DNA of 32,000 nucleotides from Richelia sp. SL_2_1 (GTDB lineage Bacteria; Cyanobacteriota; Cyanobacteriia; Cyanobacteriales; Nostocaceae): NCBI GenBank assembly GCA_012033205.1, contig JAAUSO010000041.1, positions 1,115 to 33,114 of the forward strand, read 5' to 3'. Shown piece by piece: positions 1 to 7,823 of this stretch (position 1 is its first letter; each line of letters starts with the position of its first letter). The notes under the pieces were generated by a model. It saw only the letters and a program-made list of their open reading frames with translations, ran no database searches and was not told where the DNA came from. The position numbers and the translations under genes were made by a program.

Positions 1-2
1 TG

Positions 3-284
3 AAAGCGATGCAATACGGTTCACAATGGCAAAAAATGTTTGAGAGACCTGACTGTAAAATTACGGCTAGTGACGGTTATTTTTATTTTATTAATTTACC
101 AACAGGTGAATATGTTTTAGAAACATCTTTATCTGCAAATTCAACTTACAGTAAAGTCAAAACTAAAGTAAAAGTGTCTGACTCTATCAATGGCAAAATC
201 CCCACGACAATAATAGATGATATTATTTTTTCACTGACTAAAGTTAACGCAGTAATTTCCCATAGAGATGAGCCAAATAGGTAA
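3..284 (+). CDS. 3' end of a gene entering from the left edge; C-terminal carboxypeptidase-regulatory-like beta-sandwich domain
   Basis: The frame is open from nt 3. 'ITASDGYFYFINLPTGEYVLE' fits the G.F.F..L..G.Y.L signature of CarboxypepD_reg-type domains. ORF track 9..284. Confidence 0.45.
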   Translation, partial: KAMQYGSQWQKMFERPDCKITASDGYFYFINLPTGEYVLETSLSANSTYSKVKTKVKVSDSINGKIPTTIIDDIIFSLTKVNAVISHRDEPNR

Positions 285-340
285 ATTATCAAGTTTTTTT
301 GAAACGCAAACAACTTACAAATAACTAGTTAATTAAAGTT

Positions 341-346
341 TAGGAG
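341..346 (+). promoter_or_regulatory. Shine-Dalgarno-like site (TAGGAG) for sheath gene 1
   Basis: GGAG lies 8 nt upstream of the ATG at 355. Confidence 0.5.
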
Positions 347-354
347 TTTTGCAA

Positions 355-1539
355 ATGCCAACTTATCTTTCTCCCGGTGTTTACGTAGAAGAAATTGCTT
401 CTGGTTCTGCTCCAATTGTAGGAGTTGGAACTAGTATTGCGGCTTTTATTGGTACGATTAAAGTTGCAAATGAAGTTTCAGAAGGAGAAATACTTACCCC
501 TGCTACAGATTCTGAGAATACTACTACATTCTCAAAAATATCTACCTCCAAAGGTGAAATTAAACTAATCACAAACTTTACTGAATTTAAAAAATTATTT
601 GGTGATTTTTCTAGTGATGCTCCTGAAGGACAAAATACTTTAGCTCATGGGGTTTATGGTTTTTTTAGAAATGGAGGAACTCGTTGTTATGTAACTTGGA
701 TATCGGGAGAAAGCGAAGTTAATGACGTTTTAGATAAATTTGAAGCTATTGATGAAATTACCATCGTCGCGGCTCCAGGAAGTCTAGATTTGAGGGATGA
801 TATTAAAGACCACTGCGAAAAAATGGGCGATCGCATTGCGGTTTTAGATAGTGAGGAAGATATCGATTTGAGCAACACTGAAGATATTAAAAAGCTCAAA
901 CCCTTCAATTCTGCCTATGCAGCTTTGTATTTCCCGTGGATTAAAGTTTTTGACCCTGCTACTAATCGTAATATTGATATTCCCCCAAGCGGTCATATTG
1001 CCGGAGTTTACGCACGGGTTGATGGACAAAGAGGAGTACACAAAGCTCCTGCCAATGAAACTATTTTGGGAGCATTGGATTTAAAATACAATCTCAGTCA
1101 ATCCAAACAAGATGGACTTAATCCAGATGGGATTAACTGCATTCGTCTTCTGAACGGTAATATCCGCGTCTGGGGTGCGCGGACTTTGGGTGGTGACGCG
1201 AATACGGAGTTTAAGTATGTAAATATCCGTCGTCATTTTAATTACTTAAGAGATTCGATTAATAAAGGAACTCAGTGGGTGGTTTTTGAACCCAATACCC
1301 CAGAACTCTGGGCAAAAATCCGCCGAAATATCAGCGCTTTTTTGATGATGGAATGGCGACAAGGAGCATTATTTGGCACAACACCCCAAGAAGCTTTTTA
1401 TGTGAAATGTGATGCAGAAACCAATCCTCCAGAAGTCCGAGATTTGGGTCAAGTTGTCACAGAAATCGGTGTAGCAGTAGTTAAACCAGCAGAATTTGTG
1501 ATTTTCCGTATTAGTCAATGGGATGGTTCGGGACAATAG
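355..1539 (+). CDS. Contractile tail sheath protein, paralogue 1 (Afp2/Pvc2-like)
   Basis: N-terminal 'MPTYLSPGVYVEEI' is the hallmark start of phage/eCIS sheath proteins. The C-terminus 'INCIR...VWGARTL...YVNIRR...EAFYVKCDAETNPPE' is the conserved sheath C-terminal domain. The ORF track starts at TTG 349; ATG 355 follows the RBS. Confidence 0.9.
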   Translation: MPTYLSPGVYVEEIASGSAPIVGVGTSIAAFIGTIKVANEVSEGEILTPATDSENTTTFSKISTSKGEIKLITNFTEFKKLFGDFSSDAPEGQNTLAHGVYGFFRNGGTRCYVTWISGESEVNDVLDKFEAIDEITIVAAPGSLDLRDDIKDHCEKMGDRIAVLDSEEDIDLSNTEDIKKLKPFNSAYAALYFPWIKVFDPATNRNIDIPPSGHIAGVYARVDGQRGVHKAPANETILGALDLKYNLSQSKQDGLNPDGINCIRLLNGNIRVWGARTLGGDANTEFKYVNIRRHFNYLRDSINKGTQWVVFEPNTPELWAKIRRNISAFLMMEWRQGALFGTTPQEAFYVKCDAETNPPEVRDLGQVVTEIGVAVVKPAEFVIFRISQWDGSGQ

Positions 1540-1553
1540 ATATTTGGGTATTC

Positions 1554-1651
1554 TCTAACCTTTAACCTCTAACCTCTAACCTTTAACCTTTAACCTCTAA
1601 CCTTTGACCTTTAACCTCTAACCTCTAACCTCTAACCTCTAACCTCTAACC
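1554..1651. repeat. Tandem heptanucleotide array, 14 copies of TYTAACC (TCTAACC/TTTAACC, one TTTGACC)
   Basis: Read directly from the sequence. It fills most of the 119-nt spacer between the two sheath genes. Same repeat class as cyanobacterial STRR heptamers, but a different unit. Confidence 0.95.
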
Positions 1652-1658
1652 TTTTGTT

Positions 1659-2795
1659 ATGCCGACTTTAAAGCCAAAAATACCACAAATACCAGGTATA
1701 TCTCTTAATAAGATTATTCCGACACCAGAATCAGAACTGTTGACGGGTGTTCCGGTGTTCTTTGGCTTGGCAAAAGCAGATGATCGTCAACCAAAAAAGC
1801 TTACTTTGAGTACTCAGTTTGACCAATATTTTGGTCGGATTGATGGGATTGAGGAGGGATATTTGAAAGATGCGGTAAAAGGATTTTTTGAAAATGGAGG
1901 TCGTATTTGTTATGTAATTCCTTTAGAGAAAAATACTTTAGCCGATTTGCAACAAGGTTTAGAGACAAGTGAAATACTGGAAAATACTGATTTGATTTGT
2001 ATTCCAGATATGATGTTTGGCTCAAATGCGGAGAAAATTTCTACAGCTATTCAAATGCAGCAAGCAGTTTTAGAACATTGTGAACGCATGGGCGATCGCT
2101 TTGCAATTCTTGATGTTGTGAACGATGTAGAAGAATTAGAAAAGCAAAGACAGGCACTTTCTAACTACAATAACGGAGCCTTATATGCACCTTGGTTAAA
2201 AATAGAGAATCGTCAACAAGCGATTCCTCCCTGCGGTCATATTGCCGGGATATATGCAAGTTCAGATACAACAGTGGGAGTATATAACGCACCTGCGAAT
2301 ATTCCCCTTGAAGGAGTATTGGATTTAAGTTTTTCTTTAACTGCCACAAAGCAAGAACAGCTTAATCTTAAAAATCAAGCGGGAATCAATTGTATTCGTA
2401 GCTTGCGAGGACGGGGGATGCGAGTTTGGGGTGTACGTACTCTGAGTTCTCTACCCGAATGGCAATATGTAAATGTGCGTCGTTTATTTCTCACTTTTGG
2501 ACGCTGGGCAAATCGTAATTTAGCAGATACGGTATTTGAACCGAATAGTTTCCCTTTATGGGTGCGATTGCAAAGGGAATTGAGTATTTATTGCGAATCT
2601 TTATGGTTACAAGGTGCGCTTCAAGGTACTGTTCCCCAAGAGGCATTTTATGTAAAATGCGATGCTGAAACTAATCCCCCTGAAAGTCGAGAAGTGGGAC
2701 GAGTAGTAGCAGAAATTGGTTTAGCTCCTACTATTCCAGGAGAATTTATTCAACTTTTACTGGTTCAAAGTAGTAGCGGAATTAGTATTAACTGA
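1659..2795 (+). CDS. Contractile tail sheath protein, paralogue 2 (Afp3/4-like)
   Basis: Shares blocks with sheath 1: 'FENGGRICYV', 'CERMGDRFAILD', 'ALYAPWLK', 'PPCGHIAGIYA', 'INCIRSL...RVWGVRTL', 'YVNVRR', 'QEAFYVKCDAETNPPE'. Confidence 0.9.
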   Translation: MPTLKPKIPQIPGISLNKIIPTPESELLTGVPVFFGLAKADDRQPKKLTLSTQFDQYFGRIDGIEEGYLKDAVKGFFENGGRICYVIPLEKNTLADLQQGLETSEILENTDLICIPDMMFGSNAEKISTAIQMQQAVLEHCERMGDRFAILDVVNDVEELEKQRQALSNYNNGALYAPWLKIENRQQAIPPCGHIAGIYASSDTTVGVYNAPANIPLEGVLDLSFSLTATKQEQLNLKNQAGINCIRSLRGRGMRVWGVRTLSSLPEWQYVNVRRLFLTFGRWANRNLADTVFEPNSFPLWVRLQRELSIYCESLWLQGALQGTVPQEAFYVKCDAETNPPESREVGRVVAEIGLAPTIPGEFIQLLLVQSSSGISIN

Positions 2796-2895
2796 ATTAG
2801 ATGATGACTCCTCGATTACCGTTTGCTGGAAATATGGTTTAAAGTCATATTTTTATGATGTTTAAGAACACAAACCCGACTTTTTATATCAAGAA

Positions 2896-3027
2896 AATCT
2901 ACACCTTCACCTTTTTGCAAAATCTAAAATCTGTCTTGGAAAGTTTGGGGGGAAGAACATCTACACCCCCAACTTTCCGCAAATCCAAAATCCAAAATCT
3001 AAAATCTAAAATCTAAAATCTAAAATT
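2896..3027. repeat. Two diverged copies of a ~37-43 nt element (ATCTACACC..CA.CTTT..GCAAAATC), each running into AAAATCY heptamers; the second array has ~6.5 copies (2981-3027)
   Basis: Read directly: 2896-2932 versus 2958-3000, then (AAAATCY)n up to 18 nt before the tube-1 start codon. Confidence 0.85.
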
Positions 3028-3031
3028 GTTT

Positions 3032-3037
3032 AAGGAG
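3032..3037 (+). promoter_or_regulatory. Shine-Dalgarno site (AAGGAG) for tube gene 1
   Basis: AAGGAG lies 8 nt upstream of the ATG at 3046. Confidence 0.6.
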
Positions 3038-3045
3038 ATTATATT

Positions 3046-3486
3046 ATGCCGACAATTTCTAATCCTCATGACCCCTATAGTGGTTATAATTTCTGGGTTG
3101 AATGGGATGGTATTGTTCATGCTGGTTTTCAAGAATGCAATGGTTTAACAGCTACTCGTAATGCGGGAACTTATCGAGAAGGAACGGATAAAGGATTAAA
3201 TCAGCGTCAAATTCCAGGACTGAATAGTTATGGTAATATCACTTTAAAACGGGGAATTACTGATAATCAAGAACTTTGGGAATGGCACAAAAAATTACAA
3301 AGTGGAGATGCAGATAGGCGTAATCTTTCGATTATTTTAGCAGATGATAGAGGGGAAGAAAAAATTAGATGGAATTTAGAAAATTGCTGGCCTACTACTT
3401 GGAATGCTCCAGATTTTAACGCTACTTCTGATGAAGTTGCTATAGAAACTTTAGAACTGGTTCATGAAGGTATTACTGTTGGTTAA
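3046..3486 (+). CDS. Tail tube protein 1 (T4 gp19 / Afp1-like, 'conserved phage tail region protein')
   Basis: 'YNFWVEWDGIVHAGFQECNGL', 'YREG...IPGLNSYGNITLKRG', 'WNAPDFNATSDEVAIETLELVHEGI' match the eCIS/phage tube family. Confidence 0.9.
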   Translation: MPTISNPHDPYSGYNFWVEWDGIVHAGFQECNGLTATRNAGTYREGTDKGLNQRQIPGLNSYGNITLKRGITDNQELWEWHKKLQSGDADRRNLSIILADDRGEEKIRWNLENCWPTTWNAPDFNATSDEVAIETLELVHEGITVG

Positions 3487-3522
3487 TAGTTTATTTAATT
3501 AATATTGTCTTTGATTACAATC

Positions 3523-3885
3523 ATGCAGCAAACTGAATTTTCTTTTATTTTACCTCAAGGATATCTCGACTCGGAAGGTAATACTCATAAAGAAGGTATG
3601 ATGAGACTTTCTACTGCTTATGATGAAATTACTCCGCTCAAAGACCCAAGGGTACAGAGAAATCCGGGTTATTTGGTGATTATTCTTTTAACAAGAGTGA
3701 TTACTAAATTAGGAACTTTAGAGCAAATTAATACTAAAGTAACTGAAGGTTTGTTTTCAGGAGATTTAGTTTATTTGCAGGATTTTTATCAAAGAATTAA
3801 TCAAAACGGTCATAGTCGTCTTCGGGTAGCTTGTCCCCACTGTGAAGGTGAGTTTGAGGTAGAAACTGTTCCGGTGGGGGAGTAG
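3523..3885 (+). CDS. Phage-tail-assembly-chaperone-like protein with a C-terminal CxxC zinc-ribbon-like motif
   Basis: 'TEFSFILPQGYLDSEGNTHKEGMMRLSTAYDEITPLKDPRVQRNPGYL' matches the small conserved protein found after the tube gene in eCIS loci (from memory). 'CPHCEGEFEVE' is at the end. The ORF track starts at TTG 3505; ATG 3523 is the alternative start. Confidence 0.6.
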   Translation: MQQTEFSFILPQGYLDSEGNTHKEGMMRLSTAYDEITPLKDPRVQRNPGYLVIILLTRVITKLGTLEQINTKVTEGLFSGDLVYLQDFYQRINQNGHSRLRVACPHCEGEFEVETVPVGE

Positions 3886-3908
3886 TTTGCTACCCCTCAG
3901 AAAGACTG

Positions 3909-4046
3909 ATGGAGGAGGTAGCTTACCTTGCTTATCATTTTCACTGGTCTTACGAGCAGATAATGATCATGGAACACCGAGAACGTCAGCAGTGGGTGGC
4001 ACAAGTAGCGCAAATTAATCAGCGATTCAACGAGCAAAGCAAGTAA
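3909..4046 (+). CDS. Small conserved eCIS-associated protein (DUF6760-like), not in the ORF track
   Basis: Hand translation of the frame ending at TAA 4044-4046 gives '(VVCYPSERL)MEEVAYLAYHFHWSYEQIMIMEHRERQQWVAQVAQINQRFNEQSK'. The 'EEVAYLAYHFHWS...E..ER..WV..I..IN' pattern is what I recall for DUF6760. The first ATG is at 3909, but similarity seems to begin upstream of it. Confidence 0.6.
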   Translation: MEEVAYLAYHFHWSYEQIMIMEHRERQQWVAQVAQINQRFNEQSK

Positions 4047-4070
4047 TTTTTCAAATTTATTAAGAGTAGT

Positions 4071-4559
4071 ATGAATCCCAAACTTATCGGACTGAATGCA
4101 GTTTTAGCAGCAGGTTCTACTCTCAGTAGACAGGGACATGATCCCTATATGAGTTATAACTTTGCCGTTGAAATTGGGGGAGTTGTTATTGGTGGTTTTA
4201 GCGAAGTTAGCGGTTTAAGTAGTGAAATTGATTTGGAAACTTACGAGGAAGGAGGTTTAAATGGTTATGTTCATAAATTTCCTAAACATACTACTTATCC
4301 TAATTTAGTTTTAAGTAGAGGAATAATTAATATTGATTTATTTTATATTTGGTATCAAGCAACAAGTCAAGGATTGATTCAACAATTAAACGGTACGATT
4401 CTTTTACTGAATAATCAACAAATTCCGGTGACGTGGTGGACTTTTAAAAAAGCATATCCCGTTAAATGGGAAGGACCGCAATTTAACGCTGGTAATGAGG
4501 AAGTTGCGGTGGAAAAATTGAATTGGTGCATCAAGGAATTTCTAAGTTATGATTTCTAA
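4071..4559 (+). CDS. Tail tube protein 2 (Afp5-like tube paralogue); the last ~13 codons appear frame-disrupted
   Basis: 'YNFAVEIGGVVIGGFSEVSGL', 'YPNLVLSRG', 'WEGPQFNAGNEEVAVEK' parallel tube 1. The expected C-terminal 'IELVHQGISKL*' is encoded in the -1 frame (4517-4552). Confidence 0.85.
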   Translation: MNPKLIGLNAVLAAGSTLSRQGHDPYMSYNFAVEIGGVVIGGFSEVSGLSSEIDLETYEEGGLNGYVHKFPKHTTYPNLVLSRGIINIDLFYIWYQATSQGLIQQLNGTILLLNNQQIPVTWWTFKKAYPVKWEGPQFNAGNEEVAVEKLNWCIKEFLSYDF

Positions 4560-4590
4560 GTTATAAAATTATGGATAACATTTCATCAAA

Positions 4591-6096
4591 TTGGCAAGAT
4601 TCCCTAAATCAGAAGTTAGTAAATCGGCTGAATCGTCCCTTACATCAACCTGGGATGATCAAAATGGCTATGAGTCAGCGTATGATAAATCGTTGCGATC
4701 GCTTTTAAATCGCTTACCTCTTCTCAGTCAACAAATGCAACGTTGGGGTAATACTAATACCACTACACCTGATGCTGTCCCTATTGTTTATGCACAACCT
4801 CTTTCATTAACTAATGAGCGGGGAACGGAAAGTAGAGAACAGAATTTTCAACCAAATTTCTCTCAGAATCAGCCCTCAGTTCCTCTAATTCAAAGAAAAA
4901 TAGATTCTTCTCAACCTTTAGTAATTAAACCAGATAATAGTACTGTAGATACTAAAAATAATAATTATTTATCAAATGACAATTTTATTAAAAATAATAT
5001 AAAAGCGGATTTTACATCAGAAATTCCGGTAGTTTTATCGCAACCGATATCTGATAAATTACTGGAAACTGAAGAGATACCATTACAAGGTAAATTTACC
5101 GACTCGAAAATATTTTTGTCAAATCCATCTCAATTAAATCTAAATATTTCATCCACATCTACTAAAGATGAGATAACAGAAATAAATAAAAATGCTATTT
5201 CTTCATCATTGCAACCGATATCTGAACAAATTACTTTAGTACAAAAACCTATAAGTGCTGATATACAACAACTTCCGATTGTTCAAAGAAAACAACAAAC
5301 TGCTTCTCTTTCACCTTCTTCTCTTCCTGTAGTTTATCCTTTAAATTCTTTAACTTCTGCAAAACAAATTCAACCAATAAATAGTTCCGAACAGATTAAC
5401 TCAATTAAACAAGAAAACTTAGCGTCTCGGATTTCCTCACCAAATTTTAACATAGTGACTGCTCATCCTTTAACTGATAAAGTGAATTCGAGAGAAGAAC
5501 AAATATCATTTAATACAAATTCATCACATTCTCAAAATCAATATTTTAATACCTCCAATTCACAAACAAATCAAACTACTCCTTTCCCGGTAGAAGATTA
5601 CCGTTCGCGCAGCGTCTCCCTCCAGGGAGAAAATAAAAACGCCCCAGACGCAGAGAACACGGAGGAAAGAGGTAGCGAAAAGTGCGGTCTTGGGGGTCTC
5701 CCCCATGAGCAACTTTTCAAGACAAAAGAGAGATTGGTAATTTTAGAACGGGATTGGAGTAATTACAACCAAAATATTTCTGATCTTCCGATTGTAACTG
5801 TCGCTTCTCCAATCAATTATACTAGTAAACCTCAATCTTTACCTTTAGCGATAAGTACCTCATTATCAAACAGTATTAGACATGATCAACCCAATATATC
5901 AAAAGTATCAAAAACTAATTTTTCCTCATCTTCTAAAGTGTTCGCTAGTCCTTCATCACCAACAGAAACTGACGTTTATAGCATAACAAATCAATCACAT
6001 TCAAAGATTGATATAAATACCATAGCCAATCAAGTTGAACGTAAACTGATGCGACGGTTAGTAATTGAAAGCGAACGTAGAGGTAAAATTAGATGA
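4591..6096 (+). CDS. Low-complexity S/N/Q/T-rich protein, candidate tape-measure (Afp14/Cis14-like) protein
   Basis: Sits between tube 2 and the LysM/hub genes, and its stop overlaps the next start (ATGA at 6093). The basic helical C-terminus 'IANQVERKLMRRLVIESERRGKIR' resembles C-termini of eCIS tape-measure-like proteins (from memory). The TTG start is uncertain. Confidence 0.5.
   Translation: MARFPKSEVSKSAESSLTSTWDDQNGYESAYDKSLRSLLNRLPLLSQQMQRWGNTNTTTPDAVPIVYAQPLSLTNERGTESREQNFQPNFSQNQPSVPLIQRKIDSSQPLVIKPDNSTVDTKNNNYLSNDNFIKNNIKADFTSEIPVVLSQPISDKLLETEEIPLQGKFTDSKIFLSNPSQLNLNISSTSTKDEITEINKNAISSSLQPISEQITLVQKPISADIQQLPIVQRKQQTASLSPSSLPVVYPLNSLTSAKQIQPINSSEQINSIKQENLASRISSPNFNIVTAHPLTDKVNSREEQISFNTNSSHSQNQYFNTSNSQTNQTTPFPVEDYRSRSVSLQGENKNAPDAENTEERGSEKCGLGGLPHEQLFKTKERLVILERDWSNYNQNISDLPIVTVASPINYTSKPQSLPLAISTSLSNSIRHDQPNISKVSKTNFSSSSKVFASPSSPTETDVYSITNQSHSKIDINTIANQVERKLMRRLVIESERRGKIR
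5600..5725. repeat. GC-rich structured repeat element inserted in frame inside the tape-measure-like CDS
   Basis: Palindromes TCTCCCT-CC-AGGGAGA (5614-5629) and TGGGGG-TCT-CCCCCA (5691-5705), plus outer arms GAAAAGT/ACTTTTC and GTCTTG/CAAGAC. Nt 5675-5723 is a sibling of intergenic 19987-20055. Confidence 0.7.
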
Positions 6097-6755
6097 CGCT
6101 AGAAAAATTAACTATCAAAGCTGAAAAAAATAATCCCGGAGACTTTGCGGAAAAATTCAAAGTTCTATTTAACCCGAATCAAATCGAAATAGTCAAAACT
6201 GGCTGGAAAATGGAACAATACGGTCCCGTTGCATCTCAAGAATTAACTAAACTCAGTCTGGAATTATTTTTTGACACTACATTTACAGGAATTCCACCTG
6301 AAAACGTCCAAAATTATACTCGCAAAATTTTTAGTTTGACACAACCCCGGATTGGTAAAAATCCTAAACGTCCTCCACGCTGTCAATTAATTTGGGGAAC
6401 GATTTCCGGTAAAGATAGTGTGTTATTACCCGATGGTTTTTTAGAAAGTGTTACTAAAAAACTGACCCATTTTCTAGAAGATGGTACACCCGTAAGAGCA
6501 ACTTTAAATTGTACATTTAAAGAGTGGAAAGAGCCGAAAAAAAAGGCAAAAATTGCTAATCCAATTGATGATCCTGTGAGGATTGTCAAACGAGGAGAAA
6601 CCTTAAGTAGTATTGCAACTGAAGAATATAATGACCCTTCTTTATGGCGTATAATTGCTGAAGAAAACCGTTTAATTAATCCCAGAAAGTTAAATCCGGG
6701 AATGGTTTTAACGATTCCGCCTTTACGAATTAATAACTTGACTCAAAGGAGGTAA
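6093..6755 (+). CDS. Tube-initiator/baseplate-hub-associated protein with a C-terminal LysM domain
   Basis: LysM signature 'VKRGETLSSIATEEYNDPSLWRIIAEENRLINPRKLNPGMVLTIP'. The N-terminal 'LFNPNQIEI...LELFFDT' is tube-like. It sits directly before the gpD-like gene. Confidence 0.8.
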   Translation: MTLEKLTIKAEKNNPGDFAEKFKVLFNPNQIEIVKTGWKMEQYGPVASQELTKLSLELFFDTTFTGIPPENVQNYTRKIFSLTQPRIGKNPKRPPRCQLIWGTISGKDSVLLPDGFLESVTKKLTHFLEDGTPVRATLNCTFKEWKEPKKKAKIANPIDDPVRIVKRGETLSSIATEEYNDPSLWRIIAEENRLINPRKLNPGMVLTIPPLRINNLTQRR

Positions 6756-6758
6756 ATT

Positions 6759-7823
6759 ATGCCAAATGATGCTTCCTTATTAAATCCCCATCTCAAAATT
6801 TTGATTCAAGGTAAACCTCTTACCCCAGAAATAGAAGCGGATTTAGTTTCGGTTTCAGTCTTTGAGGATTTGGAAGCTCCAAGTATGTTTGAATTGCAAT
6901 TAGTTACTTGGGATTTAGTAAAGCAAGAAATAACTTGGGTAGATGACAAAATATTTGATATTGGCAATGAAGTCGAAATTCAAATGGGCTACGAACAAGA
7001 TATTAAAACTGTAATGATAGGAGAAATTACCGGATTAGAACCAGAATACACTCAGGATACGACACCAATATTAGTAGTAAGAGGTCACGATTTACGCCAT
7101 CGTTTACTACGGGGTCGTCATACAAAATCATTTTTGCAAATGAAAGATAGTGAGGTTGTTAGTCAAATTGCTAGAACCAGAGGACTGACTCCAAAAGTTA
7201 GTGATAGTAAAGTTAAATTAGAATATATTTTACAGCATAATCAAACAGATTGGGAGTTCTTACAAGAGCGAGCGGGACGTATTGGTTATGAAGTTGTAGT
7301 TGATAATAAAACTCTTTATTTTCGTCCCCCTGATAATGCTAAAGCTAAAGTTTTAACTCTGACTTATGGAGAAGATTTACAAGAATTTTTACCCCGTTTA
7401 AGTACTTTAACTCAAGTGCAACAGTTAGAAGTTAGAGGTTGGATTCCTCAAGAGAAAAAAGAGGTAATAGGAAAAGTTACGGTAGGAAAAGAAGGTGGCA
7501 CAATGGGAGGTTCGGTTTCTGGTGCAAAAGCAGTCAAAAAAGCTTTTGGTGAATCAAGTTATACGATAGTTAATCAACCTGTATCGAGTAAAGCAGAAGC
7601 CGATGGAATGGCATTAGGGCAGTTTCAAAATGGTTTGCTATCATACATCACTGGTGAAGGTACTTGTCAAGGTAATCCTAATTTACGAGCGGGAAAAGTG
7701 ATTGAAATTGCTGGAATTGGTAAAAAATTTAGCGGTCTTTATTATATCGCGATCGCAAAACATGATTATTCTCGAATTCAAGGTTATCAAAGTTCTTTTA
7801 CTGTCAGGAGAAATGCGATATGA
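6759..7823 (+). CDS. Phage late control gene D (gpD / gp27-like) baseplate hub protein
   Basis: 'FELQL...', 'GEITGLEPEY', 'LVVRGHDLRHRLLRGRHTKSF', 'QHNQTDWEFLQERAGRIGYEVVVDNKTLYFR' match the gpD family. AAGGAGG lies upstream of the ATG. Confidence 0.85.
   Translation: MPNDASLLNPHLKILIQGKPLTPEIEADLVSVSVFEDLEAPSMFELQLVTWDLVKQEITWVDDKIFDIGNEVEIQMGYEQDIKTVMIGEITGLEPEYTQDTTPILVVRGHDLRHRLLRGRHTKSFLQMKDSEVVSQIARTRGLTPKVSDSKVKLEYILQHNQTDWEFLQERAGRIGYEVVVDNKTLYFRPPDNAKAKVLTLTYGEDLQEFLPRLSTLTQVQQLEVRGWIPQEKKEVIGKVTVGKEGGTMGGSVSGAKAVKKAFGESSYTIVNQPVSSKAEADGMALGQFQNGLLSYITGEGTCQGNPNLRAGKVIEIAGIGKKFSGLYYIAIAKHDYSRIQGYQSSFTVRRNAI

Noticed and set aside
4571-4708. Alternative ATG start (4571) for the tape-measure-like gene, in a different frame (MDNISSNWQDSLNQKLVNRLNRPLHQPG...)
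   Set aside because: It would require another frameshift to join the 4591 frame. I have no homologue N-terminus in memory to decide between the frames, so I left the TTG 4591 call flagged as uncertain.
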